32,000 nucleotides of DNA from Candidatus Saccharimonadota bacterium. Lineage in GTDB: Bacteria > Patescibacteriota > Saccharimonadia > Saccharimonadales > Saccharimonadaceae. Where the stretch lies: contig CP011211.1 of assembly GCA_001029695.1 (NCBI GenBank), positions 240,001-272,000 on the forward strand, written 5' to 3'. The translations under genes and the position numbers were made by a program. Below, piece after piece: positions 24,464 to 32,000 of this stretch. Every line of letters starts with the position of its first letter. Within the stretch, counting starts at the first letter, position 1. A model generated the notes under the pieces. That model searched no databases. It was not told where the DNA came from and worked only from the letters and a program-made list of their open reading frames with translations.

Positions 24464-26962
24464 CTAAACGACGGTTGCGCCTGTTTCTTTAGTAACCGCA
24501 GCGATCACTCCATCTATGTATTCACTCACCTGCTGACCAGTGAGCGTTTCAGTAAATGGCGTCAATCGAATTCTAATAGTAATATTTTTTGTTGATTCAT
24601 CTGCCGCTTGATAGAGATCGAGTGGAGAAATCTGATACTGAACGGAGCTATCGTTTTGCAGAGCTTGCTGAGCTGAGGTGACGATTTGCGCATAGTTAAC
24701 GGCATCGTCTACCTTAAAGCATACGTCCCGCTCCGAAGAGGGGTATCGACTTATCGGTGTATAGTCAAATCCGTTTTTAGCCGTCGCCGCAAGAATTGCA
24801 CGTGGGTCAATTTCGAAACCTGCAGAGTAGACTGGCAGCTTAAATGCTTTTGCGACTGACTTTTTGTACTCTCCAACGACCCCAATAAACTCACCTGATC
24901 GTACATCTGTCACAAGTGCACTGCGACGATACTCAAATGGAGCAGTTACGGGATATTCGACATCATTTGCAACTGGGTCATAGCGAAGCTCAAGTCCGAA
25001 CGAACCTGCAAGATACTCTAAGTATTTTTTCGCCTGGTAAAATGCCGCATCGTCGCTCGCTTTTTTTCGTACGACAGTCAGAGCTAGAAAGTCGATCTCA
25101 CCTGGTACTTTTTCGTCATTAAGGCCATGTGCTTTACTGTGTGTTTTATTCATCTCAAATAGAGCAAAATCATCAAATCCATTTTTTTCATTTTGCCTTA
25201 CGAGACTTAGTAGACTTGGCGTCAGCGTCTGACGGTAATACTGTAAGTCGGGGCTAATGCTATTGGTGATTCGGTATGAATTTTCTGGGTTTTGACCTGC
25301 CTTTTTCAAGATATCACCATGAATAAAGCTGTAGGAAAGTACTTCATTTGCACCAGCTCGAACAAGCGCTCGGCGAAGAGCGGCTCGTGTCTTATCAAAA
25401 GCATCTGGCGAAACTGCCGTAAAATCCCTTAACGGCAGTTTAGGCTCAATACTATCAAACCCATTTAGGCGACCCACCTCCTCGATAATATCTTCGCCAA
25501 TATGAATATCTGATCGCCAAAATGGCGGCACAACATTCATCGTATGCGTATCTTCATTCACAGTCACGTCAAACTCGGTATGCTGAAGCGTATCGACAAT
25601 ATCAGCGGCGCTAAACTTACTTCCAAGCGCAGCATTGACTTGACTGACAGTAAGCTCGATTGGATCAGGGTTACGTAAGGTCTTAAGGGTATCGGTAACC
25701 TCACTTACTCTAGTTGCACCAGTTGATGCAGCCAGCAGTCGCACTGCAGAAGCAAGAACTGGAGCGGTCAGCGCAGCAGGCTGGCCTTTGGTGAAGCGCG
25801 TAATAGCCTCACTAAAAATGCCGTGGCGCATCTGTGTATTGCGTAAATTGTAAAGATTAAATGTCGCACTCTCAAGAATAATATTTTTTGTCGTACTATC
25901 GATTTCTGTTGACGAGCCACCCATCGCACCAGCAAGCGCAATAGCCGTATCGGCGTTTGCAATAACGATATCGTTATCACTCAAGGTGATCGTGCGACCA
26001 TCAAGCAACTCCAATGTTTCGCCGTCTCTTCCGGCACGTACATGAATATCTGCTTTTCCACCACCAACAGCAAGTAGTTTGTCGTAATCAAATGCGTGCA
26101 GTGGCTGTCCGGTCAACATCATCAAATAGTTCGTTACGTCCACAACAGCACTCACCGGTCGAACTCCGACTCGAGAGAGGTATGTCTGTATCTCAAGAGG
26201 AGATTTCATTGACCCGTCCGCTCCGGCAAGAACAACTGCTTGATATCGCTCAGAGAGTAGTGGATCGTCAATTGTCACCATAGGTGGTGTAACGTCGCCA
26301 TTTTTCTCTACAAAATTTGGGCTCGTATCAAGTAGCCAGTCTGGTGTCGTAAATGCGTTGCCCTGTATAGCTGCAACCTCTCTAGCAAAACCAATAATAC
26401 CAAACGTGTCAGGTCGATGGGTGAGAGATTTATTTTCAATATCGAGCAAAAAATCATTAAGCTCATAAACATCTGCAAAACGAGCGCCTGGTACAACCTC
26501 CTGATCAACCTCCAAGATACCATCATGATCATCAAAAAGATCCAGCTCTTTTGCGCTTGCAAGCATGCCGTTACTCATAACGCCTCGTAACTTACGAGCG
26601 CTTAATACAAATGGCTCAGTGTCTGCATAGGTTTCAGGGACGGTACTACTAGGAGGCAGCCACGCGACAAGCAAGCCTTCGCGAACGTTTGGTGCGCCAC
26701 ACACAACCTGCACGTATCCATTACTATCACGCTCAATATCATCAATCACTCCGCCGTCATCTATCTTCGCAACATTTAGGTGATCGCTTCCTTCAAGCTT
26801 TACGCATTCAACAACGCGAGCAACAACAACACCTTCATACTTCTTCCCCAGGTCAATCACTTCCTCAATTTCAACCAACCGAGCACCGATCAGCGTCGCA
26901 AGCTCATCGATTGGCAAATCAATAGCTGTAAATTTCTTAAGCCAGTTTACGGAGATTATCAT
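24464..26962 (-). CDS. pheT: Phenylalanine--tRNA ligase beta subunit
   Basis: 832 aa. N-terminal tRNA-binding OB domain, B3/4 and B5 regions, and a C-terminal FDX-ACB-like domain. Collinear with bacterial PheT. Confidence 0.97.
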   Translation of the reverse strand: MIISVNWLKKFTAIDLPIDELATLIGARLVEIEEVIDLGKKYEGVVVARVVECVKLEGSDHLNVAKIDDGGVIDDIERDSNGYVQVVCGAPNVREGLLVAWLPPSSTVPETYADTEPFVLSARKLRGVMSNGMLASAKELDLFDDHDGILEVDQEVVPGARFADVYELNDFLLDIENKSLTHRPDTFGIIGFAREVAAIQGNAFTTPDWLLDTSPNFVEKNGDVTPPMVTIDDPLLSERYQAVVLAGADGSMKSPLEIQTYLSRVGVRPVSAVVDVTNYLMMLTGQPLHAFDYDKLLAVGGGKADIHVRAGRDGETLELLDGRTITLSDNDIVIANADTAIALAGAMGGSSTEIDSTTKNIILESATFNLYNLRNTQMRHGIFSEAITRFTKGQPAALTAPVLASAVRLLAASTGATRVSEVTDTLKTLRNPDPIELTVSQVNAALGSKFSAADIVDTLQHTEFDVTVNEDTHTMNVVPPFWRSDIHIGEDIIEEVGRLNGFDSIEPKLPLRDFTAVSPDAFDKTRAALRRALVRAGANEVLSYSFIHGDILKKAGQNPENSYRITNSISPDLQYYRQTLTPSLLSLVRQNEKNGFDDFALFEMNKTHSKAHGLNDEKVPGEIDFLALTVVRKKASDDAAFYQAKKYLEYLAGSFGLELRYDPVANDVEYPVTAPFEYRRSALVTDVRSGEFIGVVGEYKKSVAKAFKLPVYSAGFEIDPRAILAATAKNGFDYTPISRYPSSERDVCFKVDDAVNYAQIVTSAQQALQNDSSVQYQISPLDLYQAADESTKNITIRIRLTPFTETLTGQQVSEYIDGVIAAVTKETGATVV

Positions 26963-27390
26963 TATTGACCACTACTCCGAAGATAGTATCGTTGTCCATC
27001 AGACTTCTCTTCATTAAGTGTGCCTATTGCAGCACGATACATGTGAGCACCTTCTCCGAGTTTGCGCTCACCACTCACACGATCGGCGAATATATCTTGA
27101 GCAACAACAGCATCTTCACCCTCGAGCGCTTGAGCATGCGTAGAGATATATAGCGCGCTTCGATCTTCTTTTGCCGTAGGGTTTTGCGTAGTACTAAAAA
27201 CCGTTATAAACACACGGCCGTCCCTAGTGATATTTGTTGAATGAGTTGAGTTATCAAATGAGAACCAATACAGATATTTCTCATCATACGCAAAATGAAC
27301 AGGGGTTCCCCATGGAGCACCATCATCACAGATCGTCGATAAGACGAGAAGGGCGTTATTTTTTAGTACATTTTGGATATGCTCGTTCAT
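26962..27390 (-). CDS. Pyridoxamine 5'-phosphate oxidase-like FMN-binding split-barrel protein (142 aa)
   Basis: The N-terminal pattern (LLVLSTICDDGAPWGTPVHFAYDEKYLYWFS...H..NI..DGRV) is typical of the PNPOx-like family. Its start overlaps the pheS stop (ATGA) and its stop overlaps the pheT start (TAATG). Confidence 0.75.
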   Translation of the reverse strand: MNEHIQNVLKNNALLVLSTICDDGAPWGTPVHFAYDEKYLYWFSFDNSTHSTNITRDGRVFITVFSTTQNPTAKEDRSALYISTHAQALEGEDAVVAQDIFADRVSGERKLGEGAHMYRAAIGTLNEEKSDGQRYYLRSSGQ

Positions 27391-28394
27391 AAGAATTTCC
27401 TCAAAAAAGTTAGTTTACCTGATTCAAAATGACGAAGGTCTTCGATACCATACTTAAGCATGACAAGTCGCTCTACCCCGCCACCCCACGCGAAACCACG
27501 GTATTTGTCGGGATCAATGTCGGCGGCCCGTAGGACATTTGGATGGATCATACCGCAGCCCAACATCTCCAACCAATCACCTGGCTTGCCGCCAAGTGCA
27601 GCTGGTTTTTCTATAGCAAACTCAAGACCTGGCTCAACAAACGGGAAGTACCCAGGTTGAGTCTTAATCTTTAACTTCTGACCATAATACTCTTCAAAAA
27701 ATGCGCGGAGCGTTCCAAGCATTTGACCAAGAGTTGCATCATCGCTCACAAACACGCCTTCACACTGATAGAATGTATGTTCATGCGTCGCATCGACATC
27801 TTCGTTCCTAAAGACACGCCCATAGCTGATACTTGCAATCTGACCACCCGATTCAAGCTTTGCTTTACCGGCTTTGAGTACGCGATTTTGCATTGTACTT
27901 GTATGCGCTGGTGGTATATACCCCTCTTCAGTTCGGAACGTATCATAGCCATCGCGAGCCGGATGACCTTCCGGGAAGTTCAACGCACCAAACATATTCC
28001 AGTCATCATCGATCTGGCGCGACTCATGTGCATCAAAGCCCATGCGAGTAAAGATATCGATTACCTCTTCAAGTTCTCGTGTGAGTGGATGCTGAGTCCC
28101 TTGCTCTGTCGGAAGAAGTAAGGGGGCGGTTGAGTTGAGCTGCCAAGGCGCGGTAATATCAAGCGGCATGACACTGCTGTCTTCTAATGCCTCTTGACGA
28201 GCAGATGCCGCAGCCTCAAGCTCCGTCTTCAATTGATTAATACGCTTACCGTACGCTCCTCGTTCAGCTGGATCGAGCGTTGGAATTACGGAGTAAAGTG
28301 CCTTAAACTCAGAAGCCTTCAGAATATCATGCGGAGTTTCGAGTGTCTGGATGCGAGCAAGGAGTGTATCGCGAAGAGTGTCTATATCTGTCAT
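27387..28394 (-). CDS. pheS: Phenylalanine--tRNA ligase alpha subunit
   Basis: 335 aa. Class II motif 2 GRVFRNEDVDATHEHTFYQCEG and motif 3 GFAWGGGVERLVMLKYG. Confidence 0.97.
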   Translation of the reverse strand: MTDIDTLRDTLLARIQTLETPHDILKASEFKALYSVIPTLDPAERGAYGKRINQLKTELEAAASARQEALEDSSVMPLDITAPWQLNSTAPLLLPTEQGTQHPLTRELEEVIDIFTRMGFDAHESRQIDDDWNMFGALNFPEGHPARDGYDTFRTEEGYIPPAHTSTMQNRVLKAGKAKLESGGQIASISYGRVFRNEDVDATHEHTFYQCEGVFVSDDATLGQMLGTLRAFFEEYYGQKLKIKTQPGYFPFVEPGLEFAIEKPAALGGKPGDWLEMLGCGMIHPNVLRAADIDPDKYRGFAWGGGVERLVMLKYGIEDLRHFESGKLTFLRKFL

Positions 28395-28403
28395 CTGTTA
28401 ACC

Positions 28404-28432
28404 ATTATAAAACAAACAGTCGACATTGTCAT
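28404..28432 (-). promoter_or_regulatory. Candidate pheS promoter, near-leaderless configuration
   Basis: On the minus strand: ATGACA (28427-28432), 17 nt, TATAAT (28404-28409), 9 nt, ATG (28394). No room for a T-box or leader-peptide attenuator. Confidence 0.5.
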
Positions 28433-28443
28433 ACAATTTCGAC

Positions 28444-28686
28444 TTAACTTGCAAGTATCATGTAAGCGATCGAAGCAGCGACGGCAAAAAGGACGATCAA
28501 TATCCAGACCCATGCAAGACTCGTTGTCGTCTTAGTGTCTTTGATATAGTTCGAGTCATCCACGCCATCAGGACGCTCCTGAGCCTCTAAAAGTGCCTTT
28601 TTCTTAGCCTTTTCAGAAAGCTCAGCAGCCAACCTCTCTTGGAGTTTGCTGCGATTATCGCTATTTTGATTAACAAATAATGCCAT
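28444..28686 (-). CDS. Small tail-anchored membrane protein (80 aa from ATG 28686; 89 aa if ATG 28713)
   Basis: Charged, coiled-coil-like N-terminal part with a single C-terminal TM segment (LAWVWILIVLFAVAASIAYMILA). TATACT lies 6 nt upstream of ATG 28686. Confidence 0.55.
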   Translation of the reverse strand: MALFVNQNSDNRSKLQERLAAELSEKAKKKALLEAQERPDGVDDSNYIKDTKTTTSLAWVWILIVLFAVAASIAYMILAS

Positions 28687-28692
28687 ACTAGT

Positions 28693-28698
28693 AGTATA
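28693..28698 (-). promoter_or_regulatory. Candidate -10 (TATACT) for the 80-aa gene, leaderless configuration
   Basis: TATACT, 6 nt (ACTAGT), ATG 28686. Confidence 0.35.
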
Positions 28699-28778
28699 CC
28701 TTATTTTTACCATTACCCTATCCTAGGCATAGTCATCTTGCGAACCATCAGGGGTAACTGCATACAATAAGAACTATG

Positions 28779-28787
28779 TGATATACT
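28779..28787 (+). promoter_or_regulatory. Candidate extended -10 (TGaTATACT) for the MIP channel gene (leadered)
   Basis: Followed by a ~29-nt leader that carries AAGGAGG 6 nt before ATG 28823. Confidence 0.45.
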
Positions 28788-28822
28788 TACCTCATAATTT
28801 CACTATAAAGGAGGGAAATTCC

Positions 28823-29677
28823 ATGGCTACCAAAAAAGCCGGTTCTGCCGCGAAGAAGACTGTCAAAAAGTCTCCAGCGCCAAGCAAGCCAACTACAACA
28901 ACTACTAAAGTAACGACTGTCAAAGCCATTGAGACTGCGTCACCTGTTAAGTCAACACGACTAACCAGCAATCGCACCTTTATCGCTAGCGCACTCATCG
29001 CTGAATTCATCGGGACATTCCTGTTGACTGCAGTTGTGATGGGCACACGAGGTGAGCCACTTTACGTTGCATTCTCACTTGTTGCTATCGTCCTTACGGT
29101 CGGTGCAATTTCAGGTGCGCACGTAAACCCACTTCTCACTGTCGGTGCATGGGTAACACGCAAAATGACAACACTACGTGCACTTGGCTACATTGTCGCT
29201 CAAGTTCTCGGTGCAGCATTTGCGCTCGTTGTCCTTACACTCTTCATCGGTGCAGCGCCAGCTCCTGATGCAAGTTCTGCAATGATGGGTCAGGCACAAA
29301 CACCTGAGCTATTTAAGGTAGCAGCATTGACTGACAAGTCACACTGGTATGTGTTCTTCGCTGAGCTCGTCGGTGCAACAATCTTTGCATTTGCCGTAGC
29401 AAACGCTCGTCGCATAACAGAACGTAGTGCACAAGCACTTACAGTAGGTCTCGGTCTTCTTGTTGCTGTGCTCTTCGCTGTTACAGCAGCAGGCTACGCA
29501 TCAGCAAACGCGATCGTTAACCCTGCGGTTGCTCTTGCAATCGGTGGTGTTGCCGACTGGGCAAAGATCGACTGGGTTGCTTTTGCCGCATACTTCATCG
29601 CACCGCTTATCGGTGGCGTACTTGGTTTTGCACTGCAAGATGTACTTCATGCAGGTCAAAACCGCAAAGACGTTTAA
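28823..29677 (+). CDS. MIP/aquaporin-family channel with basic Lys/Thr-rich N-terminal extension (284 aa)
   Basis: Six hydrophobic segments. First half-helix motif HVNPLLT (NPL, 29126-29134) and second VNPAVALA (NPA, 29519-29527). Strong SD AAGGAGG. Confidence 0.92.
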   Translation: MATKKAGSAAKKTVKKSPAPSKPTTTTTKVTTVKAIETASPVKSTRLTSNRTFIASALIAEFIGTFLLTAVVMGTRGEPLYVAFSLVAIVLTVGAISGAHVNPLLTVGAWVTRKMTTLRALGYIVAQVLGAAFALVVLTLFIGAAPAPDASSAMMGQAQTPELFKVAALTDKSHWYVFFAELVGATIFAFAVANARRITERSAQALTVGLGLLVAVLFAVTAAGYASANAIVNPAVALAIGGVADWAKIDWVAFAAYFIAPLIGGVLGFALQDVLHAGQNRKDV

Positions 29678-29692
29678 TATCCTTAAACGCAT

Positions 29693-29725
29693 AAAAATAC
29701 CCGCTCCAACGAGCGGGTATTTTTA
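29693..29725. terminator. Bidirectional rho-independent terminator
   Basis: AAAAATACCCGCTC / CAAC loop / GAGCGGGTATTTTT. It lies between the convergent MIP (+) and rmuC (-) genes, and the rmuC stop sits in its flank. Confidence 0.8.
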
Positions 29726-30796
29726 TTGATCCACCTGCGGCTTGTCGATAAGAAGAGGTTCGACGCTCGGATCGGTGTCAGCAATCTTCACGACATCCTT
29801 GTCGATCTTTTTAAGTTCTTTATGGGCGGTATTGTAATGATTGACCGTCGTACCGAGACTTGATCCCAACTTTTGCATAAAGCTCTCGTACGCACTTATA
29901 TGACGACCTAGCTGACCAACACGCACCTGGATCTCCTTCGCCTGCTCTTCTATTTGCAAGCTTCTCAGTCCTTGCATGACTGTCTGAAGATATGCCATGA
30001 AGCTTGTAGGGCTAACGATAATAACCTTTTTATCACGAAATGCGTACTCAATAAGATCTCGCGCGCTACTACCCGTTCCGACATCGCCAATCAAAAGATC
30101 ATAGTATAACGATTCGCTCGGTATAAACATAAAGGCAAAATCCATTGTATTTTCCGATGGACGTATATACTTACTCGTTTCATCAATTCGGCCTTTTAGG
30201 TCTTTTCGGACATCGTCAAGCAGTTGCGCCCGACGTACTTTGTCTTTCTCACCAACCATACGATTATAGTTTTCTAGGCTAAATTTGCTATCGACAGCAA
30301 GAATTTGTTTATTATCGAGAAACACAACTGCGTCAACTATCTGACCATCTGCGAACTTATATTGCATCTGATAGTTTTTTGGAGGCAATATGTTATCGAG
30401 GACTGATTTCAAATAATATTCACCGAAGACGCCGCGCTGCTTAGGGTTCTGCAGGACATTCTGCAATGTCTTTAGCTCTTCAGCCACGTCTACGACTCGT
30501 CGATTCGTTTCATCAAGTTTCGTTAGTCGTTGCGTGACATCTCCCACCAACTTCGCGCTCTCGCTGAGTTGACGCTGTACAGACGTCTGCATCGCCACAT
30601 TGCTGCGCTCAAGCTTATCGCCGACTGATTCTTGCATCAGAGATATAGTCCGTGACAACTCAACTACATCAGCTTTCATGAGATCAACCGCATTGGTATT
30701 TTTAAACTCACGGAGTCGCTGGTTTAAGACAAAAATCACCACTCCAAAACCAACCACCACTACTATAAGTACGATAAAAAGAATAAATTGCTCCAT
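29723..30796 (-). CDS. rmuC: DNA recombination protein RmuC
   Basis: 357 aa. N-terminal TM segment, long coiled-coil region and conserved C-terminal RmuC nuclease-like domain (FAFMFIPSESLYYDL..., VIIVSPTSFMAYLQ). Confidence 0.9.
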   Translation of the reverse strand: MEQFILFIVLIVVVVGFGVVIFVLNQRLREFKNTNAVDLMKADVVELSRTISLMQESVGDKLERSNVAMQTSVQRQLSESAKLVGDVTQRLTKLDETNRRVVDVAEELKTLQNVLQNPKQRGVFGEYYLKSVLDNILPPKNYQMQYKFADGQIVDAVVFLDNKQILAVDSKFSLENYNRMVGEKDKVRRAQLLDDVRKDLKGRIDETSKYIRPSENTMDFAFMFIPSESLYYDLLIGDVGTGSSARDLIEYAFRDKKVIIVSPTSFMAYLQTVMQGLRSLQIEEQAKEIQVRVGQLGRHISAYESFMQKLGSSLGTTVNHYNTAHKELKKIDKDVVKIADTDPSVEPLLIDKPQVDQ

Positions 30797-30802
30797 ACGT
30801 CT

Positions 30803-30811
30803 AGTATAGCA
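30803..30811 (-). promoter_or_regulatory. Candidate extended -10 (TGcTATACT) for rmuC, leaderless configuration
   Basis: TGcTATACT, 6 nt, ATG 30796. It lies in the 21-nt gap after the upstream stop at 30818. Confidence 0.5.
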
Positions 30812-30817
30812 TTAGCA

Positions 30818-31309
30818 CTACAAGAACGTCGGAAGGATACGTGCAAAGACGACAACAAGAAGAACAAGAATTAACGCCGCGAGGAACATACGAATTCGCG
30901 CGAACCATGCAAATGCCATATAACAGATTGCATACATCACGACAGTCCATATAAGCCCCTCAAACCACGCAAGCCCATCTACCCATCCGCTCACGCCCCA
31001 GAGGCAAATGGCAGCTGCAATCGCCACGAGCAATGGTCGATACACACCAAGCCGTACAAGCCCAAGTACACCAGCGATGGTCGCAAAAACAAGAACAATA
31101 TTCCCTGAGATTACGCCTGAATTAAGGCAGATGCTTGTCGTTGACTGGTTGCCGCAAAATACCGCATCCATCACATACTGATTAAGAAGAAGTGTCAGGA
31201 GCCATGCTACTGAACCGATAATGACACCTAAAAGCCCGACCTGGACTACTGTCGAGGGTTGCATATCAATAAATTTTTGCTGACCATCAGACACGACTGA
31301 CTGTTCCAT
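30818..31309 (-). CDS. Hypothetical polytopic membrane protein (163 aa)
   Basis: Four to five hydrophobic helices. AGGAG SD lies 8 nt upstream. No recognisable family. Confidence 0.7.
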   Translation of the reverse strand: MEQSVVSDGQQKFIDMQPSTVVQVGLLGVIIGSVAWLLTLLLNQYVMDAVFCGNQSTTSICLNSGVISGNIVLVFATIAGVLGLVRLGVYRPLLVAIAAAICLWGVSGWVDGLAWFEGLIWTVVMYAICYMAFAWFARIRMFLAALILVLLVVVFARILPTFL

Positions 31310-31331
31310 ACATCATCTCCTGTTTTGCACT

Positions 31332-31360
31332 ATTTTATCACTAAATAGCGTGAAATGCAA
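31332..31360 (-). promoter_or_regulatory. Candidate promoter TTGCAT-17-TGaTAAAAT (leadered, SD-containing UTR)
   Basis: On the minus strand: -35 TTGCAT (31355-31360), 17-nt spacer, extended -10 TGaTAAAAT (31332-31340), then a ~22-nt leader with AGGAG. Confidence 0.5.
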
Positions 31361-31368
31361 AGAACTTG

Positions 31369-31860
31369 TTAGCCTGCTCGCTTCGAGAGAGCTAGGTCGG
31401 CTCTACTGAAGTACCACAGTCCACCTAGCAGCGCGACGCTAATACCACCGATGACATCAAGCGGTGTATGGACAAGCGCAAGCACTCGTCCGATACAAAC
31501 AAGAAGTGTCAACACGACAAGTATACCCGTGAGCCACTTTGAGCGCGTCTCAGCCCAGACAGCAAGAGTAATTGCCGCCGTAAAGAGCGCATGATCAGAC
31601 GGAAATCCCGGATTATCCAAATACGATGCGCCTGGTGTTAGCCCTAAGATCTCAAATGGCCGTTCAGTCGCTGGCTGATACGCAGTACCGAGAAGCTTTG
31701 CGATCAAAAAAGCCGTGAGTCCAGCAAGAAGAATCCTACAATATGCATCATATCGTGAGCTACCTTTTGGCAACTTCCATATAAGCGCATACACTGCAAT
31801 CAGGACAATGGGGATTACCGCACCGTCAGCAATTAGTTTTATTCCTTGCTCAATAATCAT
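31369..31860 (-). CDS. PAP2-family phosphatase (undecaprenyl-diphosphatase/phosphatidic acid phosphatase type 2-like)
   Basis: 163 aa, multi-TM. PSDH and GRVLALVHTPLDVIGG match PAP2 motifs C2 (PSGH) and C3 (SRxxxxxHxxxD). Confidence 0.85.
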   Translation of the reverse strand: MIIEQGIKLIADGAVIPIVLIAVYALIWKLPKGSSRYDAYCRILLAGLTAFLIAKLLGTAYQPATERPFEILGLTPGASYLDNPGFPSDHALFTAAITLAVWAETRSKWLTGILVVLTLLVCIGRVLALVHTPLDVIGGISVALLGGLWYFSRADLALSKRAG

Positions 31861-31898
31861 AACTACTTAGGTAGTATACGCCCAAAATAACTATTCGA

Positions 31899-32000
31899 CT
31901 AGTTTAAGCGAGCACTTCTAGCGATGACAAATTGATCGATCTTTTGCCGAGTCCACCCGCGCTGAATCAACTCATCACGTAGCTTACCAAAAAGCGCTCG
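31899..32000 (-). CDS. 3' end of a gene continuing beyond the window (33 codons plus TAG); product unknown
   Basis: The minus-strand frame is open from the window edge (RALFGKLRDELIQRGWTRQKIDQFVIARSARLN*) with a stop at 31899-31901. The fragment is too short to assign. Confidence 0.35.
   Translation of the reverse strand, partial: RALFGKLRDELIQRGWTRQKIDQFVIARSARLN

Noticed and set aside
1-32000. Search for CRISPR arrays, tRNA/rRNA genes, transposases, integrases, prophage or recognisable defence genes
   Set aside because: There are no spaced direct repeats and no tRNA-like T-arm (GGTTCGAAT-type) sequence in any intergenic gap. No ORF has recombinase, nuclease-island or restriction-modification motifs. 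The only intergenic regions over 100 bp (1914-2136, 16752-16962, 28714-28822) are explained by promoters and leaders.
1-32000. Possible alternative genetic code (UGA recoding, as in some CPR lineages)
   Set aside because: pheS and tkt-N both terminate at UGA (ATGA overlaps at 27387-27390 and 13663-13666) at the expected full lengths. All conserved genes are intact under the standard code.

Overview
The window is a gene-dense (about 90% coding), mostly minus-strand stretch of a small-genome bacterium. Gene content and style fit a Patescibacteria/CPR organism such as Candidatus Saccharibacteria, but I cannot verify that without a database search. UGA is used as a stop codon (pheS, tkt-N), so the genetic code is standard.

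Recognisable housekeeping genes:
- Nucleic-acid and translation functions: DEAD-box helicase, uvrB, pheS, pheT, a Rel/SpoT homologue, rmuC.
- Central metabolism and redox: gap, ppa, trxB.
- Envelope and transport: GtrA-like protein, membrane FKBP isomerase, MsbA-like ABC exporter, MIP channel, PAP2 phosphatase, a GDPD esterase.

The most distinctive region is a roughly 9.7 kb sugar-phosphate block (6962..16751). It holds rpiB, rpe, a split transketolase, a class II aldolase, three PfkB-family kinases (two close paralogues, one with an unknown 170-aa N-terminal domain) and a SLOG/LOG-like protein. No transaldolase or PfkA-type kinase is visible in this window.

Other notable items:
- A 914-922 aa two-TM surface protein has a trypsin-like domain whose nucleophile serine is replaced by Asp, plus a P/Q-rich tail.
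- A TATACT-type -10 box recurs 6-13 nt upstream of many first-in-operon ATGs that lack a Shine-Dalgarno sequence, which suggests leaderless mRNAs.
- The Rel protein is truncated after its TGS domain.
- A PNPOx-like gene is translationally coupled between pheS and pheT.
- There is an unannotated 42-codon membrane smORF.

I found no CRISPR array, tRNA/rRNA gene, transposase or recognisable defence system. All functional proposals are inferences from motifs read by eye.
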